Origin: Octopus sinensis
Taxonomy: Eukaryota
Assembly (NCBI RefSeq): GCF_006345805.1
Contig: NC_042997.1
Location: 151,900,001 to 151,964,000, forward strand
Reading direction: 5' to 3'
DNA length: 64,000 nucleotides
Shown here one piece after another: positions 1 to 13,602 of this stretch. A model generated the notes under the pieces. It made no database searches and was not told where the DNA came from. It worked only from the letters and a program-made list of their open reading frames with translations. How positions within the stretch are numbered: position 1 is the first letter of the stretch; every line of letters begins with the position of its first letter. Made by a program: the position numbers and the translations under genes.

Positions 1-2757
1 TGGGTGATGTTGATGAGTAAGAACTTAAAAGAGAAGTGGCGTGAGAGAATTAGTGAAACAAATGCGAAGTGGAGGAAGATAGAATTAGAGAGGAGAGAGA
101 ATGTGCTATGAGTCAACCACTTGAATATAAGGCAGGCATAGAATGTGTATTTTTTACTGGAGATGGTGTGAGGAGTAATAAGTCGGAAGTAAAAGACAGC
201 GTGAATGGAGTGTGAAACGGAAGAAAAGGGGAGAAAGCTAAAAATCGATTCATTTAGTGGCCGTATTCACCGCCATCGCCATCATCACCACTACCACCAT
301 CTATCTTCACCTTTCTTTTTGAGCACTACCTCCTTCTCCTGCCCGGTTTGCGACAAAGACTCTGTCTATCATTCTCACACTACTTCACACTCAAACTTAT
401 ACCTCATCTCCTCACACCATCATCACATCACTCTTTCACTTCAGCTTCTTCCTCATTTACTTGATTACGATCAAAGTGACAACACAGCTTCCTCTCTCAT
501 TTCCTTATACGCAAAGGTTAGAACCAAACTGTTGCCTTCTTCAGTCCTCAGGCAAATCAATATGTCGAACTCTTCCAAGTAGTCGTTTATGGGGAAGTTT
601 TTATCCCTTTCACCATTTATTTTGGATCCCGAATTTTACCGAAGAAAAAAATTACACGATATCACAAAGTGATACGTATCTTATTTTATCGCAAAAAAAA
701 GTAGACCAAGATACAGAAAGTGCTGTCTTGTTTTAAATGATTTTTCTGTAGAAAATTACATTCCACGATAACAGAAATTGGCTTCTATCTGATTCTGCAA
801 AAACAAATATAAAAATTATCGAACTTTCTGAAACTTGTAGCAAATCCTACTTCTCAAATTATAACAATGCGATGTACCAATTATATTTTCAGATATATTG
901 ATTCCTTATATAGACACGAGGTCAGAAATTTATCAAGGAAGAAAATTAGATTGTTAAACACTCGTGACTATCTCAAAGGTTTCATTGAAGTGAATTTGTT
1001 TCAACTGGGAATCAAAGCCGGTTTTCCGTCGGCTCACTGGGAACTCACCTCTTGATTTACGATGCTCGCTACATCCGTTGAGATAAATAAAATTGCATTA
1101 ACTGACAATGAGAAACATTAATATTTGTTGAAACCCTTAAAAATTATTTGATCTTCCATTAACAGAAATAGATGCATTGGGCTGGGAAGCTAATTTCGAG
1201 AACCCTTCGAATAAAAGCTTTTAAAAATAATATAGAAATATGGCTACATTTCTGTTCTCATGTGTATAGCATTTTATGACCAGCCTATTAGACGCTTCGG
1301 CATCAGCAAACGAAAAGACTGTGGTAACCTAAGGGTCATGATTCGACTCCGACCATTATCTATACTCCTTTGAAAATTACCGGTTTCGTAAGCATAACAA
1401 TCATTAATCATTCCATTACTACATCCAATTGTGTATATTTGTATTTATATGCCTGTATAACACGCACCCACACACACATACATACATACACACACATATA
1501 TAAATATGTATGTATGTATGTATGCGTGGATGTATATAACGTATATGTTTGTATTTATGTGTGCATGTTTCTGTCTGTATCAGAGTATGCAAGTATATTA
1601 TAGAAAAATCGTTTATATTAATATGCGCATTTGTCTAAATGTTTTATAGCAATATGTATGTGTGTTTATATAACATATATATGCATACATATGAATGTAC
1701 ATACAAAAAACATATATTTATGCATACATATACGTGTGTGTGTTTGTGCGCGTATAATATATATATATTTATTTATATATATATATATATATATAAGCGT
1801 GTGGTGTGTGTGTGCCCATGTATTTGCGGATGTAAAATAGAGAATAAATACAAATGGACCTACCTTCAACATCCTCCCACTTCTCTTACTCTTACATAAT
1901 TGGAAGATATTTCTGATCCAGTACTAAGCAAAACATTACCAAACGAAAACAAAAGAAAGCTTTTCCTCTATATATTTTCCACTACAACCTAACTTCCAAT
2001 AACTGAAATAATTGGATTTCTTGTATACCTATAAGTGGGATCGCATCTTTATTGCATTTTTGGGGGTGGGGCAGAAAAACTAATTTTGGATTGCGTACAA
2101 CGCGTAGGTCGGTCAAAGAAGTTTCTAAAAACATGTTAGATCAACAAAAAAGTTTAAAATCATTTATATAACAACGTTAACTTCCTAGCACCAGTAGTTT
2201 CTAGTATACTTGAGCCAGCCGTTATTTAATCGATTAATGGAGTAAACAAACTGAATAAAAAATAACTAACTCAATGTACTTCTTTATTAGTAGTGTGTGT
2301 CTGAGGTGGGTGATAGTATTAGAGAACTTAGCGTAATTTGAAAATATTAATCTATTCCTAATAGGGAGACGAGGTTATAAATTGTTAAGTAGAATCGATT
2401 ATATCTGCCCAGAACGTCATAGGTACTTATTTGATCAACCTCGGAATGATAAAAGGCGAAACAGATTTCGAACTCAGAGCGTAAATCAATGTGACTAATT
2501 ACTTCGATTCTGCCAATTTTATACCATTAAAAATATTCTTTTCTATTCTAGGCACAAGGCTCGAAATTTGGGGGGAGGGCGCCAGATGCGGCATAATCGA
2601 ATGTATTGCCAAACCGTCGATTTCTGGACTCAACAGCAGGTTATTAATTGTGATATTTATTTGCAGGGATAAGATATTTTGCTGTTAGATTGCTATAGGG
2701 ACAAGTGTTGTTATGGTTATGTTTGTATGTTGTTATGGTTAAGTTTATATTGCGTAT

Positions 2758-2975
2758 ACTCTTTTACTCTTTTACTTGTTTCAGCCATTTTGAGTGTGGC
2801 CATGACGGAGCACCGCCTTTAGTCGAGTAAATCTACCCCACGACTTATTCTTTGCAAGCCCAGTACTTATTCTATGGGGGGGGGTGCCGAACCGCTAAGT
2901 TACGGGGACGTAAACACATCGGTTGTCAAGCGATATTGGCGGGACAAACACAAACTTATACACACACATACATAT

Positions 2976-3010
<35 letters not shown>

Positions 3011-3161
3011 GCATATATACGACAGGCTTCTTTCAGTTTACGTCTACCAAATCCACTCAGAAGGCTTTGGTCGACCCGAGGCTATAGTAGAAGACACTTG
3101 CCCAAGGTGCCAAGGTGCCAGTGGGACTGAACCCGGGACCATGTGGTTCGTAAGCAAGCTA
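2758..3161 (-). mobile_element. tRNA-derived SINE, family A (internal CA/TA microsatellite, AAAAGAGT tail)
   Basis: Near-identical to copies at 28801-29220, 35444-35816 and 42208-42611; minus strand has B-box-like GGTTCAGTCCC and ends AAACAAGTAAAAGAGTAAAAGAG. Confidence 0.9.
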
Positions 3162-3559
3162 CACACACATACATACATATATATATACGCACACATGTAC
3201 ACCCATTCAGTCATCCATTGAATTTTAAGGCTGTTGTTAGACATATGAATGAGTGAATGAATGAATGAATGAATGAATGAATGAATCTATACAGCGTCTA
3301 TCTAAATAAGTTACCATCTTCAACATAATGGAGTGTGTCCTAGAGTGGAAGTTTTCGATCGAGAACCGTCACTATGAAGTAAAATTCTTGCTTCACTAGA
3401 GAGCGAGCAGAATTGTGAAACAAATTAAACATATAATTCAATTCAGCGTAATGCCATTATTATTGGTCTTGCTGTACAGCTCCCAAATCAATCCTGATCA
3501 AGCAGATCTAATTACTGTTGTTATTGTTGTTGCTGTTGTCGTCGTCGTTGTCATTGTGA

Positions 3560-3760
3560 AGCTCTAGGTCATTCCTGGTCGAGAAAGCTACAATAAATAT
3601 TACTCTTGCCGTGACCATACATTTTTTTTTTTACAGATATAGTTTTCAGACTACTACATACATAATAAATAAATAAATAAATAAAGATTATTGGTCGTGA
3701 TTTGTGATGGATTTGGGTGTTATTTCTCAACGATGAAGTAATCACGTGAAGTTTAGCTCA
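3560..3760. repeat. Degraded interspersed repeat, family D
   Basis: Similar to about 12700-12890, 43400-43560, 52355-52570 and, inverted, 42118-42715 (motifs GTGACCAT, GACTACAT, GATTTGG.TG.TATTTCT). Confidence 0.5.
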
Positions 3761-3929
3761 TTCACTTGGTAGAATGATGACCTAATCTCCCAAAACTACA
3801 AGGTAAATGGCCTGAAAGAGATTTGGTTTCATATTGGTGGAAGAAATCGGCATATATGGCTACCATCATTTAAGCAAACATGAGTAAAAGAAAATCCATT
3901 TGTATCTGGTTCCCAATTGATGTTTTCAA

Positions 3930-5445
3930 CAATAAATACACGGCAGAGATGCAAATATATATAGGGTGGTATAGATGAGACAGGAGCCTTTATGGAAGAG
4001 GAGGGTTGGGATGAAAGGAGGAAGTGTGAGTCGTTTTACGTTTTCGACGTTTGCTCTCTGCTTCTTAATTTTTATTTTCCATCTTTTGACAATGACACAC
4101 CGCCACTCAAGGCGATCTTTCATGATTGTCTCCCAAGTATTTGGGTCAGTGCAGCAGCGGAGGTTAGTAGCCTTAAGCTGGTCTCAGAAACTGAATTTGG
4201 GGGCTGCACGTGGTCTGGTGCCTGAGGCCAATTCTGCAAAGGGGAGTTTAAGACGAAGGCACATTTGAAGCATACGCATAATGTGTCCTGACCAGTGGAT
4301 GTAGTGGCGTACCCTGGCAGCTTCAATGCTGGGCTTGAAGCTGAACCTCTTCATTGGTAAGTACTTCCATCGAATCTGCACGATTGCGCAAAGTGTGTGC
4401 TGTGGCAATAGTTCGATTTTTTTCAAGCTACGTCGATCCAGCCTTCACCTCTCAAATTCATAGAGGAGTGTGGAAAGGGCAACAGCTCGAACTACCTTGC
4501 TTTTCCTTGGGATTGTGACGTCGTGGTTTAAGAAAACTCGTTTTGAGAGTTTTCAGAATGCAGTATTGGCTGCGCTGATCCTATTTTCGACGTCTTTCTG
4601 AATGGTGCAATAGGTGGACAAGTAGTTTACGAGGTATGGGAAATCCTCCACGGTTCCTAGGGCAGTGCTATGTAGCCTTATGCCACTGGTGTCTGGAGGA
4701 AGCTGGCTAAGGGGCTCCCTGTGCAAGGATCTTTATCTTCATAAGGTTTTCAGTCACACCAAAACAGGTATACAAATTTTCGAAGAGGTTCACAGCATCC
4801 TGAATATCGGATGCGCGGATCTGGCATTGTCTTCAGCGTATTGCAGCTCAAGTATTTTAGCCAAGGTGATAAGTCGACGGGTTATGAAGCGGGCGGTGTT
4901 GAAAAGTTCTCTATCCATTGTGTAACAGATGTCTACTCCAGGAGCCAGATCAAAGATTTCATATATTATGGTCCCGAGGTAGAAGAAAAACAAAGTGGGA
5001 TCGAGAATGTATCCCTGTTCCAGGTCAGTAGTAATTGGGAAGGAACTAGAGAGAACGTTCTTAGTGATGACCTGACTAAACATTCTGTCATGTAGGTCCT
5101 GGGTGAAGTTCGTTAATGGATGAGGATAACGGAAACGCCTCGTGGTGGCTCATATTGCAGGTTCCGGTATGTTGTCAAAAGCTTTCTTCAAGTCCAAGAA
5201 CACAAAAGTTAGTGGCTTTCTCTGCCCTCGTGCCTTTTTCTAGAGAATGTCAGCGCAAAAGTCCATGACGATGGTGCTACGGATGAGATAGAAGCCGCAC
5301 TGCGACTGTCAAAGAACTTCCTTAGCAGTGACTACTAATCTATCTAGTAGGATTCTGGCGATATTGAGAAGGGAGAAATGGCGATAGTTTCTGTAGATTG
5401 TCTCTTTCTTGAAAACTATAATGATGGTTGCGTTTTTAAGGTCCG
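3930..5445 (-). mobile_element. Decayed RTE-clade (BovB/RTE-1-like) LINE, RT and C-terminal region
   Basis: Minus-strand peptides NYRHFSLL, EQGYILDPTLF (cf. KQGCVLAPTLF), ELQYAED (cf. ELLFADD), SIEA...WSGHIMRM...ELASGTRPRAAPK; many frameshifts. Confidence 0.9.
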
Positions 5446-5839
5446 TGCATGTGTTATGTGCTTGTCGCTCGAGAATTGGAGTTGGTCTGATTATCAGACT
5501 TAAAAAAAAAAATAACTATTGGGTCGATGGGACGATTTGATCGACTGAAGCATTTTAAGTGGTACAACAGAATGGAGACAATCTCTAGCACTGATAAAGT
5601 TCTAACTATGGCCATGACAGTACGTATTAGTATATCTAGGACAGCTTAATTGAATGAGGCCTTCTTTTTTAAGCTGGTAAGCCATGATTTTAGAAAGATT
5701 TGACTGTTACTTCCAGACAGTAGAAGACACATGCCCAAGGTGCCACGCAGTGGGACTGAACCCAGAACAATGTGGTTGATAAGTAAGCTACATACCACAC
5801 AGCCACTCGTGTGCCTGTTGTTGATTTCCCATCTCTCTA

Positions 5840-6030
5840 GAGGCCCCAATATCGATTTAAAAAAAATCTAAGTAGCCTATGTTCGGGTGAGAGATAAAAA
5901 GCAGCTGTGTATAAAATTTTAAAGAAATCGGATGAAAAATGTAGAAGTTATTGAGGTACATTAAATTTGTGTATACACACACAAAAACACACAGAAAAAA
6001 TCTTCAATTTTATAGATATTAGATTAGATA
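5840..6030 (+). mobile_element. Lep1/Helentron-like non-autonomous rolling-circle element, 3' fragment
   Basis: AAGTAGCCTATG...AAATTTTAAAGAAATCGG...CACACAGA...TTTATAGATATTAGAT resembles the Lep1-type 3' end (recalled, not aligned). Confidence 0.45.
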
Positions 6031-6518
6031 TAGTTAAGCAGCTTTTTTGTGATAGTAGTTAGATCATAAAAACATGCATAGTACGCATATAGATCCAGTT
6101 AAATCCTATAAATTTATTTTCATGAAATTTGAAAAATTATTGCAAGAACATTTTGGTCATATATCGAGTAGGCATTATACCATATTGCAATAGAGAGGCG
6201 TAGGCATTTCTGGTTATGACGTTTGCTTCGCAACTATATTGGTCCAGGTTCGCACGTACAACACGGTACATTATCCAAGTGTCCTTTAGCCATACATAGC
6301 CTGGAGGAGTTTGGCTAGTTGAAACCGTGCTGAGTTTCTCTTGTGTCGCTTATCAATTCAGTTTTGATGCTTAACATCAAATATAACATAACTATTACAT
6401 GATTTCTACCTGCTAAACTCCGAGTAGTAAGAGATTATGTTCTGCTCTAGAATAAGTATTTATATTCTACTTCTTGAAATTTCCAGTTGTATACCAGGGA
6501 TGTATTTTTCCCCTCTGG

Positions 6519-6831
6519 AAGGCTTAGGGGTTAGGGTATTCGGCTTGCGATCCTAAGGTCGTGAGCTCCTTTCCCGGCAACGCGTTGTGTCTTTGAGCAA
6601 ATCACTTTATTTTACGTTGCTCCAGTTCACTCAGCTGGCAAAAGTAAGTAGTACCTTATTTCAAAGAGCCATCCTTGTCACTCTCTGTGTCACGTTGAAT
6701 TTCCCTGAGAACTACGTTAAGAGTACACTTGTTTATGGAGTGCTGAACCACTTGCACGTTAATATCACGAGCAGGCTGTTCCGTTGGCCAAATCAACTGG
6801 AACTCTCATTGTTGTAACCGACGGAGTGCCA
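6519..6831 (+). mobile_element. tRNA-derived SINE family C (CORE-like body) with tail X
   Basis: TTGAGCAAATCACTTTATTTTACGTTGCTCCAGTTCACTCAGCTG body shared with 7924 and 41540; 3' tail ending GACGGAGTGCC shared with 34128-34493. Confidence 0.8.
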
Positions 6832-6864
6832 CATTTTCCCCTCTGTTTAAGTTATATAAAATTC

Positions 6865-7077
6865 AAGGCGGAAGCTGGCAGAAACGTTAGCACGTCGAGC
6901 AAAATGCTTGGGGACATTTCGTCCGTCTTTATGTTCAGAGTTCAAATTCCGTCGAGGTTGACTTTGCCTTTCATCCTTCCGGAGTCGATAAAATAAATAG
7001 TTATTGACTACTGCGGTCGATGTAATCGACTTATCCGTTCCCCTGAAATTGCAGGCCTTGTGCCAAAACTTCAAATC
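6865..7077 (+). mobile_element. SINE family B
   Basis: AAGGCGG.AGCTGGCAGAAACGTTAGC head and GCCTTTCATCCTTCCGGAGTCGATAAA body, as in 57283, 58167, 60018 and 61021. Confidence 0.85.
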
Positions 7078-7923
7078 AATTTACATAAACATGAAATCGG
7101 AGCTAATCAGTAATTTAGAATTTAACCAGTAATTAAGAAGTTAATATACGACTTGCAGCTTAGAATCACGTGTCCTTTATTATATTGCTCCAGGTTTGTA
7201 TCTAAGAGTTCTAAGGTTTGTATCTAGGTGTTTGTATCTAAGTGTTCTAACTTAAATAATTCTAAAGGTATTTTTCGCTACCTTTCTAAAACATATATTA
7301 TGATAATATTACAAAGTTACAGCCTTGTTTCCTGACATGTTACTAGCTAATATAAACCAGCCACACGTTTTGCCAACAAACTCCTTTTCATTTTGAGTCT
7401 AAACTATTAACTCCTTTTAGTTCAATAGAGACTGGCGAAGGAAATACTCACCGAGGAATATATATGCCCTACAAAGTACCCTTTGTTACAGCCTTGTTAA
7501 AATTAGTAGCAAAGCAATCTGTAGCTGATTAGTTGCGCACTTTCGGTGATGAAATAACTGGTTTCACTAAACCTTTTATATACCTCCTTATATATGCATA
7601 CTTGTATTAATACAGGCACAACACCATTAAGTACAACTCCAGCACACATGCATTTAGCGAGAGGATGCAAACTGTTAATTCATAAGCTGCAAATGTTCAC
7701 GATATAAGGAACAATAAAAATCTGAAAGACGTTCTTGAGATTTAAAGGAAGATGGGTAAAACAAAATACTTTCCATCACAACCTTGTTACAAAGTAGGCG
7801 GCCGATCAAAATTTAATCTAGATTAAAAAGCGAAAGAGAAAAACATACATACATAAATACATATATACGTACATACATACGTATGCACGATAGTATGTAT
7901 GATGTATTCATATATGTTCAAGT

Positions 7924-8246
7924 GAAGGCGCATGGCTCAGTGCTTAGAGCGTAGATCTTACGACTGTGAGATTGTGAGTTCGATTCCCGAACCGGGCTGC
8001 GTGTTGTGTTCTTGAGCAAGACACTTTATTTCCCGTTGCTCCAGTTAACTCAGCTGTAGAAATCAGTTGCGACATCACTAGTGCCAAGCTCTCTCGGCCT
8101 TTGCCTTTCCCTTGGAAAACATCAGTGGCGTGGAGAGAGGAGGCTGGTATGCATTGGCGACTGCTGGCCTTCCACTAACAGCCTTGCCCGGAATCGTGCC
8201 TCGGAGGGTAACTTTCTAGGTATAATCCCATGGTCTCCAAGGCGTC
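7924..8246 (+). mobile_element. SINE family C (CORE-like body) with tail Z
   Basis: A-box TGGCTCAGTG, B-box GAGTTCGATTCC, CTTGAGCAAGACACTTTATTTC body; homologous to 61395-61700. Confidence 0.85.
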
Positions 8247-8259
8247 TCCAAGTATGTTC

Positions 8260-8309
8260 ATATACATATACATACATACATACACACACACACACACCAC
8301 ACACACACA

Positions 8310-8387
<78 letters not shown>

Positions 8388-8764
8388 TATATATATATAC
8401 ATACATATATAATGTAGTAGTGATTATGTTCACTACAACAGCCAACGATTGTAGCCAACACACAAGACAGCCATTATGTTCCCACACATAAAACTCTACC
8501 AAATGGACTCTGTTGAAACTAGTAAGAAATAGTTATGAACTTTTCTTTTAATACACTTTACTTTTATAAATATATATTTTTGATAAGGTTCGTTTTTTCA
8601 AGAAGAGCCGAAACATATAAAATCTCTCAGAAAATTAAATTTTATCTTATATAGTGGTGTTTTCAAACTTCTTTTTTTATAAATATATACCCACTTGTAT
8701 GCCACCTACACTTTTTATAAATATACACATATACATATATATATATATACATACTTACATATAT

Positions 8765-8819
<55 letters not shown>

Positions 8820-9412
8820 TATACATACGTACATACATACATACATACATACATACATACATACCCATCCATATTACACATACGTATGTGTTTGTATGTT
8901 GAGTTCAAAATCAGTATACATTGAATAATAAACATATTTACTTAGTTATACAAATATTTATAGCAAACACGGATTCATCCAAACGCATAGTCATATATGA
9001 TTATGCGTTTCTGTATGTGTGTGTCTGCGTATCTATATTTCCACGCAAACAAACGTATGCATATGCAGATATATATACATACACACAGACACATATGTTT
9101 GTGTATGCTATTATCTCTTTACGTCTGTGTTTCTGTCTTTCCCAGTGTGTAATGCGTATATATAAGCATATGTGTATGTGTGGGTATATATATATGTGTG
9201 TGTATATGTTTATGTATATGCATACAGAGAAAGGGGTGAAGAGGAGAAAGAGGGGAGACAAAGAGTTACAAAGCGAATAGGAAATTGAAGAGATAGAATA
9301 GTGTACACACATACATACATACATACAGTGTGGATATATACACGCATATATATATATATATACGTATGTATGTATATATATATATAGATATATATGTATG
9401 TATGTATATAAT

Positions 9413-9456
<44 letters not shown>

Positions 9457-9462
9457 CATATG

Positions 9463-9494
<32 letters not shown>

Positions 9495-9895
9495 CATACA
9501 TACATACATACATATATACACATTCAAATACACACAGAAACACCCATACATACAAAAAAATATACACACACACAAGCACGCGCACCTATATCGCCATATA
9601 TTCATGAAGTTCAGTATGAATATATGTACGTACCGTCTTGTATGCATTAAACTATATTTGAGCAATGGGTGTGTAGGTTTGTTTCTATAAACCGAATTTA
9701 ACTATGTGCATCTACATTTTTTATGTACGGAGTTATTACTTTACCAATAAATTTCTAACAGCCTCTATACATTTCATGTGAAAGATATATAGTGTATATT
9801 GAATTAGAACCAATACGCAACCACGACGTCATATATACCCACATCTGTCTTTATGCATAGCTATGTATACGCACACGCATATATATATATATATT

Positions 9896-9934
<39 letters not shown>

Positions 9935-10739
9935 ATACATATATATATATGTTCATATCTATATATACGTTTATATATTGTGCGTACTTATATATTAAAC
10001 ATACTTATGTATATAAACAGACGCATATATACATACATGCGTACAAAGACTTCTTTCAAAACGGTACCTTAATGCTTCCTATCACCCTCTCTTCTTTATA
10101 TTACTCTTTCTGTTATTACCCTCTATCAATCTTTCTTCCTCTCATCTCTTATACTCTTCCTCTCTTCCAGGCTCTCTCACATCACTCATACCATTCGATT
10201 CCCAGTCCTCTCTCAATCATTTTACGGTTCCATCAATATTTATTTCTTTGCAGCTGATTAGGCATCTGACATGACATTATGGCAACGAGGGATTCTGTGT
10301 CGCAGTCTTGTAGTGGGTCGTAAATCGAATCCAACCAATAGATGCAAGAGCAAACAGTTCTCTGCAGTGGAACTCAAGGGTTATATATACACAATTTTCC
10401 TCCATTCTTCTGTCGCCATTTTATGCTGTATTTTACTCACTATCTATTAAAGCTTAATTTTTGTGTCTATTTTCTATTTTTCTTGTTTTTGTTTTGGTGT
10501 TACTTTTGAAGGCGGTTGTTCTTGTGTGGTAGCATTAGATTGTGTTTTTAACTGTGTGTGCGTGTATGTATTCGTATATACATACATACACATATGCATA
10601 TATATATATACACACACAAATATACATAAGTCTATCTATCTATTTATCTATCTCCTTCTCTCTCTCTCTCTTTTCTTTCTCTCTCTTTCTCTCTATCTCT
10701 CTATCTATCTATCTATTTCTATATCTATATCTATATATG

Positions 10740-10810
<71 letters not shown>

Positions 10811-10986
10811 TGTGTGTGTGTATGTATGTATGTATATACATACATACATATGTATATATATATATGTGAGTGTGTGTATAGGATTGGTTCAGAAAAAAAC
10901 ATAGATTGATAGATAAATAGATAGATAAATAGATTGATAGATTGATAGATAAATATATAGTTAGATAGATTGATATATATATATAA

Positions 10987-11059
<73 letters not shown>

Positions 11060-11416
11060 CAGACAGTCGGTGAGACAAATGAAGTAATATGGAGTCTATT
11101 TTTTACAGTCATTTCGCTCCTTTATATTTTCTTTCCATTTCTCTCTCTCTCTCTCTCTTCTTGTCTCCACTCTTTTCTTTTATTCTTTTTCTATCCGCCT
11201 GTCTGTCCGTCTGTCCATGTCTCTTTTGCACTTCTATTTTTTTTAGTCGTTATATATTCATTCATTTCTGTTCTGTATTCTCTCAGTTGGCTATTTTTAT
11301 CTCCTATTGTTAAAGATTTATATTATTTTTTTTTTGTTCTGAGGAATCTCTGCCCCTCTCTTTGTACCCCTCTAACCTAATAACGCACGTGCGTTCGTGA
11401 GCACATACATGTACAC

Positions 11417-11482
<66 letters not shown>

Positions 11483-11700
11483 ATACATGCACCCATGCAA
11501 TATATATAAATGCATATAAATATATATGCAAGTATATGCGTATATATATATATATATATATACACAGATACATACATATACATATGCATATATACACATA
11601 TATAAACACATACACACACTCAAACAAACACACACATACACACATATAAATATATATATATGTATGTGTTTATGTATGTGTGTATGTATGTATGTATGAA
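8260..11700. repeat. Dense compound microsatellite field: (CA)n, (TA)n, (TACA)n, (TAGA)n, (CT)n
   Basis: Directly visible; explains the YIYI/THTH/CVCV ORFs. Confidence 0.95.
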
Positions 11701-11805
11701 TGAACGAATGTATGCAGAATGGACGTTTATTTATTGAGGATTTTTCTCATTTTTTTCCGTTCTGTATACTTAGTTTGGAACAATGGTTTTCCTAAATCCA
11801 TTAGT

Positions 11806-11849
11806 CCATTAACGTTTCAGGACCTTGGCGGCCTCATCATCAGAATAGG
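11806..11849 (-). ncRNA. Minimal type I hammerhead-like motif (degenerate)
   Basis: Minus strand CCTATT-CTGATGA-TG-AGGCC-GCCAA-GGTCCT-GAAACGTT-AATGG. Confidence 0.5.
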
Positions 11850-12252
11850 TCGCAAAGGATCAGCGAAATACTGCTACAACTGATAAAATCGTCAACGCCC
11901 GATTTAAAAATTATAGATCATTTACGTCCTGCTAGATTTCGTGATTTATTTTACGTGCGATGTAACTATTTGTTGATTTTTCCCCCGTTTTTTCAATTTA
12001 TTTGCTTATTTATTTATTTATCTATTTATTTATTTATTTCGTGAAAATCTATATGAAACTGTTGAGTTGTCATCTAATGCTTCTCTGTCTTATTTTATTG
12101 TATGTAGTGATTTTAAACAAATTACGACGCCTTCTTACTGCATGTAAATTTGCAACTTCCTCGCTTACATCTAAATTTTGTTATTCTGTCGGTTGGTTGA
12201 GTGATATAGTTATGTGGTTTGCTTGTTTGTGGTTCCAGTCGGGATCAATCAT

Positions 12253-12695
12253 TCTTTTACCCTTTATCTTTTATTTCTATCAGTCATTAGATTGCGGCGA
12301 TGCTGGGGCACCGCCTTGAAGAAGATTTTTAGTCGAATAAATCGACTCATGTACATATTTTTTTTTAATCCTGGTACTTATTTTATTGGCCTATTCTGCA
12401 GTGCCTTTAATTTATGCGGACATAAACATATTAACATCGGTTGTCAAGCGCTAATGGACGACAAACAGAGGCACAAATCCACACACACAACACACGCACA
12501 AACAAAACACACGCACGCACACAGATATTTACGACAGGCTTCTTCCAGTTTTCGTCTACCAAATCCTCTCACAAGGCGTTGATCGGCCCGAGGATATAGC
12601 AGAAAGCACTTGCCCAAGATATCATGCAGTGGGGTTGAACCAGGACCCATGTAATTGCGAAGCAAACTTCTTATCCCACAGACACGCCTGCGCCT
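12253..12695 (-). mobile_element. SINE family A, diverged full-length copy
   Basis: Collinear with 28801-29220. Confidence 0.85.
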
Positions 12696-13136
12696 TTATC
12701 TTTTTGCGCTTACGTTGAGACATATGACTACAATTTTCCACCTTCATGAATCTGTACTCTGAAAGACCGTTTTTAAAGCTATATAGGACTATTATTTAGT
12801 ATGTTCTTCCCTTTTTCAAGACAATAAAATGTAATTTGTGATAGATTTGACTGCTTTCCCTGGCAATTTGTGAAACCAAACATACATTCTCTCCCTGATT
12901 TCTTCATAATAGGCTTCAATAAATTTCTTTCTAATTCTCGTTCGACGTATTTTTCTATTGCTTTCTAATCTCTTTCTCCCCTCAAGTCTCTCTCTTCCCC
13001 CTTCCCCCTCTTTCTCTCTCTCTTTCTTGCTTCAGTATATTAGCTTATCTTATGATGACCCCCCCCCACCTGCCTATGTTTTACAACTTAGAGCAGAAAG
13101 TTTTATATGAGAAAGCAGAAGACTGGTTAATATAAT

Positions 13137-13290
13137 CGGCATTATAAAATCAAAACTCTTGCCAACTGGTCTAAGCATCACCCTGAGGCTGAAACTGAGG
13201 GAGAAAATTTAACGATTCTTTGGGACTTTCCAGTACATTCAGACAGAGCCGTCAAAGCTGATAAACGGGTTATTGTTGTAAAGGACCAAA

Positions 13291-13295
<5 letters not shown>
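13137..13295 (+). mobile_element. R4/Dong-type non-LTR retrotransposon fragment 1 (start of restriction-like endonuclease domain)
   Basis: Translates RHYKIKTLANWSKHHPEAETEGENLTILWDFPVHSDRAVKADKRVIVVKDQSNNN (cf. ILWDF.I.TDR.I.ANRPDIVV). Confidence 0.8.
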
Positions 13296-13330
<35 letters not shown>

Positions 13331-13351
13331 TGATGATGATGATGGTGATGG

Positions 13352-13395
<44 letters not shown>

Positions 13396-13602
13396 GTGAT
13401 GATGGTGATGATGATGATGATGATAATGAGGAGGAGGAGGAGGGGGGGATGATGATGATGAGGAGGAGGAGGGGGGGATGATGATGAGGAGGAGGAGGAG
13501 GGGGATGATGATGAGGAGGAGGAGGAGGAGGACGACGACGACGACGATGATGATGATCATCATCATGGTCATGATCATGATGATGATCATGATCATGATC
13601 AT
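13292..13602. repeat. Compound trinucleotide microsatellite (TAA, TGA, GGA, CGA, TCA blocks)
   Basis: Directly visible. Confidence 0.95.

Noticed and set aside
205-736. 125-aa and 91-aa ORFs as a host gene
   Set aside because: Low-complexity His/Ser content and no domain; at most traces of an old LINE 3' end
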